Source of the DNA: the human T2T-CHM13v2.0 reference genome, Homo sapiens
Assembly (NCBI RefSeq): GCF_009914755.1
Contig: NC_060925.1
Reading direction: 5' to 3' (one strand)
Length of the DNA: 64,000 nucleotides
Part shown: piece by piece, positions 1 to 19,204 of the stretch
Layout: each line of letters begins with the position of its first letter
Numbering within the stretch: position 1 is the first letter of the stretch
The notes under the pieces: model-generated
What the model was told of the DNA's origin: nothing
Seen by the model: the letters and a program-made list of their open reading frames with translations, nothing else
Database searches by the model: none
Translations under genes and position numbers: made by a program

Positions 1-788
1 GTTTATGCACCCAAGACATATGAAAAAAAGCTAATCATCACTGGTCATTTGAGAAATGCAAATCAAAACCACAATGAGATACCATCTCATAGAATGGTGA
101 TCATTAAAAAGTCAGGAAACAACAGATGCTGGAGAGGATGTGGAGAAATAGGAACACTTTTACACTGTTGGTGGGAGTGTAAATTAGTTCAACCATTGTG
201 GAAGTCAGTGTGGTGATTCCTCAAGGATCTAGAACTAGAAATACCATTTGACCCAGCAATCCCCTTACTGGGTATATACCCAAAGGATTATAAATCATTC
301 TACTATAAAGACACATGCACACACATGTTTACTGCGGCACTGTTCATGATAGCAAAGACTTGGAACCAACCCAAATGCCCATCAATGATAGACTGGATCA
401 AGAAAATGTGGCACATATACACCATGGAATACCTTGCAGCCATAAAAAACAATGAGTTCATGTCCTTTGCAGGGATATGGATGGAGTTGGAAACCATCAT
501 TATCAGCAAACTAACAGAAAAACAGAAAAACCAAACACTGCATGTTCTCATTCTTAAGTGGGAGTTGAACAATGAGAACACATGGACACAGGGAGAGGAA
601 CATCACACACCGGGGCCTGTCGTGGGGTGGGGGGCTAGGGGAGGGATAGCATTAGGAGAAATACCTAATGTAGATGACGGGTTGATGGGTGCAGCAAACC
701 ACCATGGCACGTGTATACCTATGTAACAAACCTGCATGTTCTGCACACGTACCCCAGAACTTACAGTATAATAAAAAAAAAGAAAAAG
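1..788 (+). mobile_element. L1 3' end (ORF2 C-terminus, 3'UTR, A tail), L1PA7/8-like; runs off window start
   Basis: ORF 325-726 encodes MFTAALFMIAKTWNQPKCPSMIDWIKKMW. The 3'UTR reads ggggctaggggagggatagcattaggagaaatacctaatgtagatgac...tataataaaaaaaa. Confidence 0.93.
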
Positions 789-2519
789 CCCTAGGTACTA
801 ATTATTTATCCCACCCTTTTAAATGCTGAAGGAGAACATTAATAAGCAGACAGATGGGAGTACTAACAATACAAGACCCAAATAACATATTCGTTCTTAC
901 CTGATGTGGACTGCTTCATCATGTTATGCATTAAGAGACAAAGTATAAAAAGTAAAAACATGTAGAATTTATTTAAATAATATTTAAGACATCTGACACA
1001 CTCAGCACAAGTTTAATAGTTAACAAAATCTTTTTTTATAACATCTAAATCTACTTTAATGGAATCTTAACTTTGCATTATCAATAAAGAGATCGGATTT
1101 TAGAATTTCTCTGTGTGTATTAAACAATGCTGGTCCCCCAAAAACATTTAGTAATGAGAAAAGGAAAGCGATAAGTTATTATACAATTTACAAAGAATAA
1201 AGCATAAAAATGCAGTATAGTTAATAAGAAAACAGGAAACTGTCATGTTCATAGTCTGATGAAAGGTTTTGACAGGAAACAGCAGAGTTTCTTACTGTAT
1301 GATAGTAAAAATTCAAACACTAAAAAAACACTATTTATAAAAGATTACAGCTATTCCACGCAAGTTATCATTGAAATTCTACAGCAGGGATAACCTGTAA
1401 AGATGAATATTCTGAAGCCCCAAAGGACTTCATCATCATTAAGGATACATAAGTATTTTTAAATTTTTCATTAGTCTACTTTATTGGCTAAACCAGTAGA
1501 TATTAAGACAGAAATTTCTTTTGTGAAATAGAGAAGTGTCATGGTTTTAGAGTTTTGTAGTCTTTAAATGTAGGTTCTTTATAAGTGATAAAGAAATCTG
1601 TGCCGAGAAAATATGATCACCTGGGCAAGTGTCTGTGTGGCTAGAGGAGACAATGTGCTGTGTGTCTGCTTTCTTTTAGCACATCATAGGACACTGGTAA
1701 CTTAAAAAATTACAGTTGATTTTTTTTTACACTTGGTTTTAAAGAGACGTAACAAGTTATCCTTCAATTTTAACATTGGGGTAATGGAATTAATAATACA
1801 ATCTTATAATTATATAATGCTTTACAGTTAAAAGTGCTTTCATGCATATTATTTCAACTTAAAAAAAATTTCCCCTGTGTGTGACTGGAGGTTGCACTGT
1901 GCAGACAACTACCACTTTCTGAGATTCAAAAGAATAAGAGGAAGGGCTGCATTGGGTATTTTGAAAGACAATCAATCCACAACAAAGTGGAAAAAAGTCA
2001 TCCACACACCAAAAAAAACCCCTAACCAAATGAACTTTGATCACTACTAGACAGGGTTTAAACCATTGAAGTGAATCATGTGACACCAAGTGAACTGCAA
2101 AACAGTTGCAGTAAGTTTCCAAGACTGAGTCATATCAGATTATAAAAGCTCCTATTCGTACATTTGAGTTTGTATAATTAATCTTTATAAAACAAAGAGC
2201 TATAGCTTTTTTGAGCTAAATGTAGCATTTCTGTAAGTGATATGTAATATATACAATTTTAAATAACAATGTATTTTACTTTTCATGGAAAGATCTAATA
2301 ATCACATAGTTTGTATTTCTAAGTTCTAGAGGCTTTACTTTTTTTTCCATCCTCAGAGTTTGGTCAGTAATTTTGTTGGATTCCTTATAGAATACCTTTA
2401 ATAGTTTTCTGTTTTCAAAATCTAAAATAAATGTAATGGGAGATGATATGCAAAATTTATTCTCAATTATCAGCTTCTTTAAACACTGAATTGTAAACAT
2501 GACAAAGGTTAGACTAGTA

Positions 2520-3180
2520 ATAACCACACAAACAAAATGATTTCCAGAGAATCAGAACAGGAAATCAGTAAAAGTGATCGACTGGAGGTCATGATTTCTT
2601 CATTACTTTATTACACAGACAAGAGCCAAAATTCTAATCTACAGTACTTAAAAAAAAAAAACTAAAAAAAATTCAAGAATTTTATTGAAATAATACTAGG
2701 TACATAATGCTGAAAATGTTTTTGGTTTTAAGCTAAGTAAATCATAAAAAATATAAAATTTAGAATGAAAAAATTGTAGATTTCATGTAAAACTGTATAT
2801 AATGCAATAGTTAAAGCTGACGTTTTTAGAAGGAAAAAACATGCACCCACATTAATAAGTAAAAAAGGTAGAAAGGAGAGGAAAGTTTGGAATAGAAGAA
2901 ACTTACAACTGCACACTTTTTACCTGAGAAGAAGAGAGGGGGAGTCATTTACAGAGAATTCTTAGTCTTTCTACAGTGCATACTTAGATGTATTCAGTAT
3001 TGTGGGCAAACAAAATGAAACTGCCACTGAATGTCTTCTTCCTGGCAGCTGACACATCTTGATAAAATTGAAACCATTAACATTATTTAGAAGGTACTCT
3101 AAGGTCAACGCTGATGAGGCTACGAATATGTGAGGTTCTATGTAAATTTATGACCAATTACAGGAAATAAATCACTTCAC
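2520..3180. promoter_or_regulatory. Candidate haematopoietic enhancer (RUNX, ETS, E-box-GATA, GFI1 motifs)
   Basis: Repeat-free DNA with AACCACA 2522-2528, CTTCCTGG 3038-3045 abutting CAGCTG 3046-3051, an 8-nt spacer, TGATAA 3060-3065, ACAGGAAAT 3160-3168 and TAAATCAC 3168-3175. Motif evidence only. Confidence 0.45.
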
Positions 3181-4125
3181 ACTTGTTTCACTCTGAACTT
3201 TTAAAGCTACATCAAAGTACCATGTAGATTTCCTTTGATTTAACCTTCAGCAAAATGAAGCATTTAAAAATTCAAACCTTTAGCAAAACACCCTCATGAA
3301 AATGAAGTACTTCTTTTCTATTTGGATTGGATTCTGTTCAGAGGAAATTCTTGTTCTCTAAAGCTATATCATGTGTTTTTTCAGTCCATCAATCAATTAA
3401 CCAAATATGCACCTAGTGTTTAGGTGACAAGTGTTGTGATGCTGGAAAGGCAAAGACAAATGACAAGGCTCCTGCCCTCAGTTAAAAATCTGAAGGGCAA
3501 GACAAAAAAACTAAACAGCTGATTCCCAGGTGGCACACTGTTAAGTAAACCCACAGGAGAAGCAATACACTGGCTAGAAGGGAGAATTCTTAGGGAAGGA
3601 GGAAGATGATGATGTTCGAGTTGGGTCTGTAAGGATGAGCAGAGGTGGAGGGAGGAGAAATCAGGCACAGGTGGCATGGGGAAAAGCCTAAGGCCAGAGA
3701 ATGTATTATGTGTTAGGAAACTGCAAGTGGTTTGGTGTGGCTGGATATAGGTCTCAAAATGAGAGGTGAGAGATGAAACTTGAAAGAAAGCTGGGGCTAA
3801 ACTACGAAGAATCTTATGCCATGTTAAAGAATTAGAACTTATCACGAAGGTTATGGGTGAGTCACTGAGGCAGTGGAGTAGTGTCATTAGATTTTATCTA
3901 ATCCTTTATAATATCACACTGTGACTACATAAGTATTTTGTGGTATAGCTGGAACAATAAGAGCACTTATTTAGCCCTTACTATGTCCCAGGCTCTGTTT
4001 TAAGTGCTTTTCCAGCATTAATTTACTTAATTCCCCCAATATCTCCCACAAGATAATTGAGGGATGGAGGAAAACTTTTTTTTAGGTGTCAAATCACTCA
4101 AGAAATCTGAAAAAATCTTGAACCC

Positions 4126-4433
4126 GGCCGGGCGCAGTGGCTCACGCCTATAATCCCAACACTTTGGGAGGCCGAGGCGGGCGGATCACGAGGTCAGGAG
4201 ATGGAGACCATCCTGGCTAACACTGGTGAAACCCCGTCTCTACTAAAAATATAAAAAATTAGCCGGGTGTAGTGGCGGGCGCCTGTAGTCCCAGCTACTC
4301 GGGAGGGTGAGGCCGGAGGATGGCGGGAACCCGGGAGGCGGAACTAGTAGTGAGACGAGATCATGCCACTGTGCTGCAGCCTGGGCGACAGAGCTAGACT
4401 CCATCTCAAAAAAAAAAAAAAAAAACCAAAAAA
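4126..4433 (+). mobile_element. AluY
   Basis: Full dimer with the gagaccatcctggctaacac diagnostic; TSD aaaaa(t/c)cttgaaccc. Confidence 0.93.
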
Positions 4434-4564
4434 CCTTGAACCCATTCTCCCAAAGATCCGCCTATGTTTATACATAAAATATTTGTAAATACTTTAATAG
4501 ACCCCATCCATGGGCCCCAGGTTAGGAAACTGTCCAGAAGAGAAAGACTATGAATTTTTAAAAT

Positions 4565-5989
<1,425 letters not shown>

Positions 5990-6099
5990 TCAACCACTCT
6001 CACTTTTAGTGTTCCATAGAAGAAAGCCTGAAAATCATTCTAGTCATATAGTTGTTTCAGTTTAAAAAATATAGTGAAGAAAAATATTTAAAAATCAGA

Positions 6100-9000
6100 A
6101 ATAATGTATCTGATAAGGAACACACATTTAGAATATGTAAAGAACTCTTGCAACTCAATTATAAAAAGACAATCCAATTTAAAAATAGGCGAAGGATCTA
6201 AATAAGACATTTCTCTGAAGAAGCTATAAATGGCCAATAAGCATATGAAAACATGCTCAATATCATTAGCCACCAGGAATGTACATCAAAACCATAATGA
6301 GATACTACTTAATCGAAAAAATAAATAATAAATGTTAGTAAGAATGTGGATAAATCAAAACACTCATACACAGCTGGTGGGAATGTAAACTGGTACTGCT
6401 ACTTTGGAAAACAGTAGGGCAGTTCCTCAAATAGTTAAACATACAGTTACCATATGACCCAGTAATTCCATTACTACGCATATACTCAGACCAATGAAAA
6501 CATACGTTTATATGGAAACTTGTAAATGAATGCTCAAAATAATATTATTTATGATAGCCAAAAAGTGGGAATAAAGCAAATATCTATCAACTGATGAATG
6601 GATAAATACAAATATCAGAATAAAGCGAGTCACATGAATTTTGTTTCCCAGTGCATATAAAAGTTATCTTTACATTATACTGTAGTCTGTTAAGTGTGCA
6701 ACAGTATATGTTTAAAAACAATGTATATACCTTAATTAAAAATGGTTTACTCCTAAAAAATGCTAATGATCACCTGAGTGGTCAGCAAGTAATGGATCTT
6801 TTTGCTGGTGGAGGGTCTTGCCTTGATGCTGGTGGCAGCAGGCTGGCCAGTTACTGAAGGTTGGGGTGGTTGTGGCAATTTCTTAAAGTAAGACAACAAT
6901 AAAGTTTGCTGCACTTCCTCACTCGGCCTTGCATGAAGTATTTCTCTGTAGCATTAGATGCTGTTTGATAGCATTTTACTCACAGTAGAACTTCTTTCAA
7001 AATTGGAGTAAATGCTCTCAAACCCTGCCACTGCTTTATCAACTAAGTTTACGGAATATTCTAAATCCTTTGTTGCCATCTCAACAATGTTCACAGTATC
7101 TTTACCAGGAGAAGATTCTAGCTCAAGAAACCACTTTTTTTTTTTGCTCATCCCTAAGAAGCAACTCCTCGTCCATTCAAGTTTGATCATGAGATTGCAG
7201 CAATTCAGGCACATCTTCAGGCTCTACTACATTACTAATTCTAGTTTTCTTGCTCTTTCCACTACATCTGCAGTGACTTCCTCCACTGAAGTCTTCAATC
7301 CCTCAAACGGTTGGAATCAACTTCTTCCAAACTCCTGTTAATGTTGATATTTTGACCTCCTCCCATGAATCACAAATGTTCTTAACGACATCTAGAATGG
7401 TGAACCCTTTGCGGAGGATTTCAATTTACTTTGCCCAAATCCATTAGAGGAATCACTATATATGGCACTATATGTCTTCTGGATAACCTGCTGCTTCTAC
7501 ATCAGCACTTGCTGCTTCACCTTGTACTTTTATGTAATGGAGCCTTATGAAATGATGTCTTAAATAATAAGACTTGAAAGTTGAAATTACTCCTTGATCC
7601 ACGGGCTGCAGAATGAATGTTTCGTTAGCAGCATGAAAACAACATTAATCACCATGTACATCTGCATCAGAGCTCTTGGGTGACTAGTTGCATTGTTTCT
7701 GAGCAGTAATATTTTGGAAGGAAATCATTTTTTCTGAGCAGTAGGTTTCAACAGTGGGCTTAAAATATTTATTTTACCATGCTGTAATGAGATGTGCAGT
7801 CATCCAGGCTTTGTTTTTTCATTTACAGAGCACAGGCAAAGTAGATTTAGCATAATTCTTAAGAACCCTAGGGTTTTCAGAATGGTAAATGTGCACTTGG
7901 CTTCAACTTAAAGTCAACAGCTGCATTAGGCCCTAACGAGAGAGCCATTTGAAGCTTTGAAGCCAGATATTGACTTCTCTGTCGCTAGGAAAGCCATAGA
8001 GGGCATCTTCCTCCGGTATAAGACTGTTTCATCTACATTCAAAATCTGTTGTTTGGGGTGGCCTCCTTCATCAACGATCTTAGCTAGATCTTCTGGATAA
8101 CTTGCTGCAGTTTCTACATCAGCACTTGCTACTTCACCTTGTACTTTTATGTGACGGAAATGGCTTCTTTCCTTAAACCTCATGAACCAACCTCTGTTAG
8201 CCTCCCACTTTCCTTCTGCAGCTTCCTCACTTCTCTCAGCCTTCAAAGAATTGAAGAGAGTTATGGCCTTGCACTGGATTAGGCTTTGGCTTAAGAGAAT
8301 GTTGTGGCTGGCTTGATCTTCTATCCAGATCACTCAAACTTTCTCCATATCAGCAATGAGGCTGCTTTGCTTTCTTATCATTTGTGTTTTCAGTGGAGTA
8401 GTAACTTTAATTTCCTTCAAGAACTCTTCCTTTGCAATCACAACTTGGCTAACTGTTTGGTGCAACAGACCTAGCTTTCAGGCTATCTCAGCTTTCAACA
8501 TGCCTGCCTCACAGCTTAATCATTTCTGGCTTTTGACTATATGAGTGCAATTTGTGGCACCCAAAAACAATTACAATAGCAACATCGAAGATCAATGATC
8601 ACAGATCACCAGAAGGTATAATAGTGAAAAAGTTTAAAAAATTGTGAAAATTACCAAAATATGACACAGAGACATGAAGTGAGCACACGCTGTTGGAAAA
8701 ACGGCATTGAAAGACTTGCTCAATGCAGGATTGCGACAAACCTTCAATTTGTAAAAACACAGTAGGATATAACAACCATTTATTGAGGCGCAATAAAGCA
8801 AAGCATAATAAAGCCAGGTATGCCTGTTTATCCATACAGTAGAACATTATTAGGTGACAAAAATAAATAAAAGCACTGACACATGCTACGACATGAATGA
8901 GCCTTGAAAACATTATACTAAGTGAAAAAGCCAGTCACAGAAAACCACAGGTTCTATGATTCCATTTATATTAAATGTCCAGAATTGGGAAATGTGTAGA

Positions 9001-9225
9001 GACAGAAAGTAGATTAGTGGGTTGCCTAGGGTTGGGGGAATAAGGCTTGGAGAGAAATAGGGAGTGACAAGCTAAATGAGCATAGGATTTCTTTTTGGAG
9101 AGATAATGTTCTAGAATTGACTGTGATGATAGCTGCATAACTGTGACTATATTAAAAACCACTGAATTGTAAACTTTACGTGGGTGCATTGTATCATATG
9201 TAAATAATGTCTCAGTAAAGCTGTT
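6100..9225 (+). mobile_element. Old L1 (L1MB-like) 3' portion split by Tigger1
   Basis: L1M sequence runs to ...gatgaatggataaa (about 6606), resumes at tatccatacagtagaa (about 8829) and ends at ctcagtaaagctgtt. Confidence 0.8.
6611..8826 (-). mobile_element. Tigger1 DNA transposon, near full length, dead transposase
   Basis: The TIR-bearing end ...ggtatgcctg is at 8826. ORF remnants 7926-8333 (WIEDQ...[10 protein letters not shown]...NVDET) and 6954-7214 are pogo/Tigger transposase. About 55 bp of the other terminus is missing. Confidence 0.93.
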
Positions 9226-10113
9226 ATACAGATAAAATCAGACAGCATTTTGTATGTTTCTAAGGAAAGGATACCAGATTGAAAATAAGTAATTTTCTAA
9301 TTAGAAAATGTAGAAATAACTTTTAATATATTTAAAAAATATTCACCAACAACATAAATCTTCTACATCCAGTTTTTTCCTCAACAGAAAAGACATATGA
9401 TGACCTCCTACAACTTCATTTAAAATTTAAAATGAAGTTGTAGGAAAATATTTGCAATAAAAAGTTTAATGGTTTAGACTGAAATATTAATAAGTAGAAG
9501 GAGATGAATGCATTTGTAGTATTCACTTTTTTTCAGAAATTATAACTCCTGATAGAAAAATAATTTTTAAAATATGTAATATAAACATATAGCCACATAC
9601 CCACACTATTCTGCCACTGAACCCAAATAAGCTTGCAAATAAAGTTAGTATCCCTCTCTTCCTCCTCCTGAGGTGCTCACAGGCTGCTCAGTCAAGATTG
9701 GGCACTTGCAAACCACATGACCTCATGAATGCTATCTTATCATATCACAGGTTCCTCAGACTGACCACAATAACTTAAATCAGACAGGCAGCAAAGTAGC
9801 ACTAAGTCTTTGACACGTACTATTGGCATGACATTTCTAGCTGTCCAGCTTGTGGGGAGTGAAAATCTGACTATCTCGTGTCCACCTGCATCTGTAAGAT
9901 ATGGTTCATAAGAAGCACATGATTTACTGTATGTACTACAGACTCCCAACCACAATTTAAAATTTTAGTTTTTGTAAATCTGAGAGAGCTACATATTCAT
10001 CTTTTATCAATTCCTCTTTAATTGACACTTAGTAAATTAGTGGAGCACATTTTCAATTTGAAAAACTGTCAATACTGTTATTGTTTATTTTTAAAAATAA
10101 CATTATTAATTAA

Positions 10114-10235
10114 TTTTTTAAAAGAGAGACAGGGTCTTGCTTTGTTGCCCATGCTGGTCTTGAACTCCTGGCCTCAAGTGATCCTCCTGTCTCGGCCTCC
10201 CAAAGTGCTGAGACTACAGGCCATTGTGCCTGGCC
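10114..10235 (-). mobile_element. Alu left monomer (FLAM-like)
   Basis: gagacagggtcttgc...gtgcctggcc, single arm. Confidence 0.85.
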
Positions 10236-10969
10236 TGTTTCTTTTAAAAACTAGTATTTTAAAATCAAACTACTTGATGTAAAAAAAAAAAAAGGTTTTT
10301 AAAGTGAATTACTATATTTCAAAAATCATGGTATAGTCAAAGAAATAAGACTTTTATATTTAAGAACATAGAGAATTAAAAAAGAAGCATGATGTATTGG
10401 GTAGCTTCGTGGATAACAGTATTCAGATTGGCTCTGAAACACACCTCATATGGACCAAGACTCCAGAAGTAACACAATCCCAAACGATTTTTAAAAACAC
10501 AATCAAGAAAGTAATTATATTTTATAGATTTCCTCGTTTGATTAAAAAAGCTTTACTTTCAGCCATTAGATCAATCTCTATGAATGTTATTTTCGGTACC
10601 ACACTCTAAAAACAAACTGAGCAGTGCAAGTCTCTCTCTCACTTTGGCTTCAGGAGTGCCCCTCTCTACTCATTTTCCTCCTACCTTTCATACTAATCCT
10701 TCTCAGTCTCCTTTATGAAATCTTTACTTGACTCCAAGCCTCTGCATATACGCCTCTCTGCTTGAAATATCCTCTATTCTCCTTTTCCTGGCAATCTTCT
10801 ACTCCTTCTCTAATACACGATTTAGGCAGCCCCATGATCAGAGATTTTCTGACATGTTTCTAGGCCATGGTGCCGTGTGGTTCTACTACAGTACTGCCCA
10901 CACGAACTGCTTTTCCTTATCAGTCTAAACTCATCAACTGGAACTATGACTTTTATACACCTAGCACAG

Positions 10970-11185
10970 CACTGGGATGGAAGGGGCTTTAAGTACCATT
11001 TAGTATAACTGCTTTGTGATCAAGAAACTGAGGCATGGCCTAAGGCATGCGTGTGAACTAAAAGATGTTCAAATATTCACTGATTAAATGGATATACGAA
11101 GTGAATTGGCATCCTAAGGTCACCCAGCTAATCAGTGACAAAGACAGAACTAGAATCCAGGTCCCCTGACTGAAGTCCACTGTTA
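10970..11185 (-). mobile_element. MIR relic
   Basis: gaaactgaggca...aaggtcacccagct...agaactagaatccagg core. Confidence 0.65.
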
Positions 11186-11281
11186 TAAAGATGATAGTTT
11201 CTCAATCACCTGTAGTATGACGGAGAACAAAGACACACAAAATCTGGAAACAAAACTAAACTTACCAAATGAAAAAAAATA

Positions 11282-15377
<4,096 letters not shown>

Positions 15378-15378
15378 T

Positions 15379-15740
<362 letters not shown>

Positions 15741-15885
15741 TCAACAGATTAAGAAAATCAATATTCAGGAAGAATATAATTAATTTAATTAATAAAATGA
15801 TTTAATAGATGTATATTAAGAAAAATAAAATAAAAAAAACCCAAAATCCAGAATTAAGATTAAGAACCAGATAAATTGCACTAAT

Positions 15886-16200
15886 TTCTTTTTTCTTTTC
15901 TTTCTTTCTTTCTTTTTTTTTTTTTTTTTTTTTTTGAGACTTAGTCTCATTCTGCTACCCAGGCTGGAGTTCAGTGGCATGATCTTGGCTCACTGCAACC
16001 TCAACCTCCTGGGTCAAGCGATCCTCTCACTTCAGCCTCCCAGGTAGCTGGGACTACAGGTGTGCACCACCACACCCAGCTAATTTTTGTAGAGACAGGG
16101 TTTCTCCATGTTGCTCAGGCTGATCTTGAACTCCTGAGTGATCCACCCGCCTCTGCCTCCCTAAGTGCTGGGATTACAGGCGTGAGCCACTGTGCTCGGC
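15886..16200 (-). mobile_element. Alu (J-like)
   Basis: (TTTC)n/T tail followed by a reverse Alu dimer. Confidence 0.88.
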
Positions 16201-17975
16201 AACTGCATGAATTTCTATTCCTCCCCCTTCTCCATTTTATGGATATGCTTAGAAGTACTGACATGATAATGGAAGAAAAGAATGGGAGTTAGATGAAGAG
16301 TAGGAATAATCAGCTTTGAATGAATGGAAAAAAATTTAAAAATGAACACTCAAGCCCTAAAACCAGAGTAAGTTCACAAGATTTTAAAACTGTAGCTCAT
16401 TTTAGCATCCCATATATCAAGTTGAATGACACATTTGAGCACATCCTATTAGTATCATTCAAATGATAAATATGCTTAATACTACAGTCATGCTAAAAGT
16501 TTAGATATAATTAAAATGGTTTTAGATGTTTATATTTAATTTTCTCATGTCTGCGACCTAGTAAGAGTATGTTACCAGTATGGTCTCTTCCTGGGAATGC
16601 TAAAAGAAATAGAAGTCTCTTTCACCCTTACTGAATTAAATCTGCTTAAGAATTGCTGTAAAAAACTATAAAACCTGTCACTACAGGCTTGATAGTTAGC
16701 TCCATTTCCTTCAAAAAATGCTTATCACCATCTGCCTTTATTTTTCATAAACACTTGACTTCCAGTTTCCCTTGAAGTGGTTTCTCATGATTTATATTTC
16801 CATTCTAATTGTCAAAGAGTAATTGTTGGGACCATCTCTTCAGAAATTTACTGATAAGTATTAATAAACAGTTTTTCAGTTTTTTGGCTACATTTGAAAT
16901 CTAGCTCTACCCATGTGATGTAAAGTACTATTAAAAATACTTGCCATCTAGTGCCAGGAAACACAGATGTGTTCGAGGACTAATGGGGCTGTAGGGAAAA
17001 AAAAAAAAAAAAAAGACACTGGAGCCAGCTTCAAAGAGTTCCCACTGGCCAAATTTGGGACAATATGAACACCAAGGGAACTGACTGAATTCATGAGTTC
17101 AGACTACTGTGCCAGGACTTTCAAAAGACCCTAAGAAATATAAGGCTGAATAAGATAATCTTTGCTGTCAAGAAATTCACAATTCAGCTTGACTCTGAAC
17201 ATCAGAGAGGATATAACAACCATTAATTAGAATAAATGAAATTAAGTGCTGTGTTATCTCCCATTTCTGAACTATTAAATACTCTCTATCAGTGCCAACC
17301 ATATAGTCTTTATCAAATTAACTTTTCCACTTTTCCCCACCAAACTAAAAGTTCCCTGAGAGTAGGGCCACTCTTCTCATTGTGTCTAGGACAATGTTAG
17401 AAAAAATTCCATCTAATGCAGCTTAATATCCAAGACTGACTTTACAATTCCACCTGGTTCTGTTTCTTGACCAGTGTGATATATCCCTTGAAGATATTTA
17501 TTTGGTCCTCTGAGTATCAGATTCAAATCCCTTGTTTTACGTTGATTCTGTATTCTTTAAGTTGGCTGCGCACTCGAATTTTTTCCTAGAAATCTCTTAA
17601 CAAACCCTCTGGAGGCATACCCTACCTTAGTTAATATTCCTAAGAGACTTCCTTACTTGGTTTCTTACATTTTTAAGTTCGAATATTTTTCCTCACCTGA
17701 TTTTTAATTGCGATTTTTTTCTTTTCTAGGTGGTTTCCTTATCTAGCATCTTACCCCTCTCCTACTAGATCTTTGTGTTCATGTTTTCATTAATTAACCC
17801 CAGTTTCTTAATGAAATTACTATCATGAGAGGCACATGTTTTCATTAACAAGTTAAAATTTTTTTTTTTACCCATTGCAGGAATTACATACACAGATGCA
17901 TAAAATGGGTAGAACACCAATTATACTTTATGAATATAACATAAAACTGAAAAGTGGTCTGAAAGTCTTGAATAA

Positions 17976-18605
<630 letters not shown>

Positions 18606-19204
18606 CCTGTATGTGATTATTACAGTTCTTCCCAGACTACAGTATGTTATACATTCTTTTAAATGGCAAGAAATACATGGAGAAACATATTGCCTTGGAG
18701 ATTTAAAAAAATTAATCTGGAAACATTGGTGGAAGTTTGCCACCAGTTAAACTTCAAACTCTTCAAACAGAATGCTTTTAACAGCAAAGCTAATTTGTGT
18801 CTTTGAATAAGCTTGTATTTCCTAAATAAGAGGCATATATGAATTGGATTGACTTTTTGTCAAGTTCTGTGTTTCTCAAAACATCAAACATGGCTAGGAA
18901 AACTGCCTGTTTTCAGAAAGTCATCAAATATTTAAAAGCTACAATGCTAGTAGCACCAAATGGAAATTGAAGCAGAATCTGAATGTCAAGTTGGACAAAT
19001 TCTGCAGTCTTAGATAGAATAGAAGTGCAGAAGCTGCTACAGAAAGAAAAATAAAGAATATGAGCTATGAGTAGATTTTTACTAACTAGATGTTAGGTTC
19101 TCATCTGAGAGAAGCAATTCAATTTAATTCAATTAAACAAATGCTTATAGAACTCCTACTATGTTTAATATGTCGCCATTAAATGGGCCAGCAGGATCAT
19201 GGTA

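Noticed and set aside
895-960. Strong donor CAG|gtaaga with an upstream pyrimidine tract
   Set aside because: The nearest AGs give 10- or 13-nt exons far from the tract; no support beyond chance.
3420-3887. 155-aa minus-strand ORF
   Set aside because: S/L/P/F-rich reading of a purine-rich L2-like relic; no homology recognised.
7926-8333. Domesticated TIGD-like transposase gene
   Set aside because: Only fragmented frames inside an ordinary decayed Tigger1 copy.
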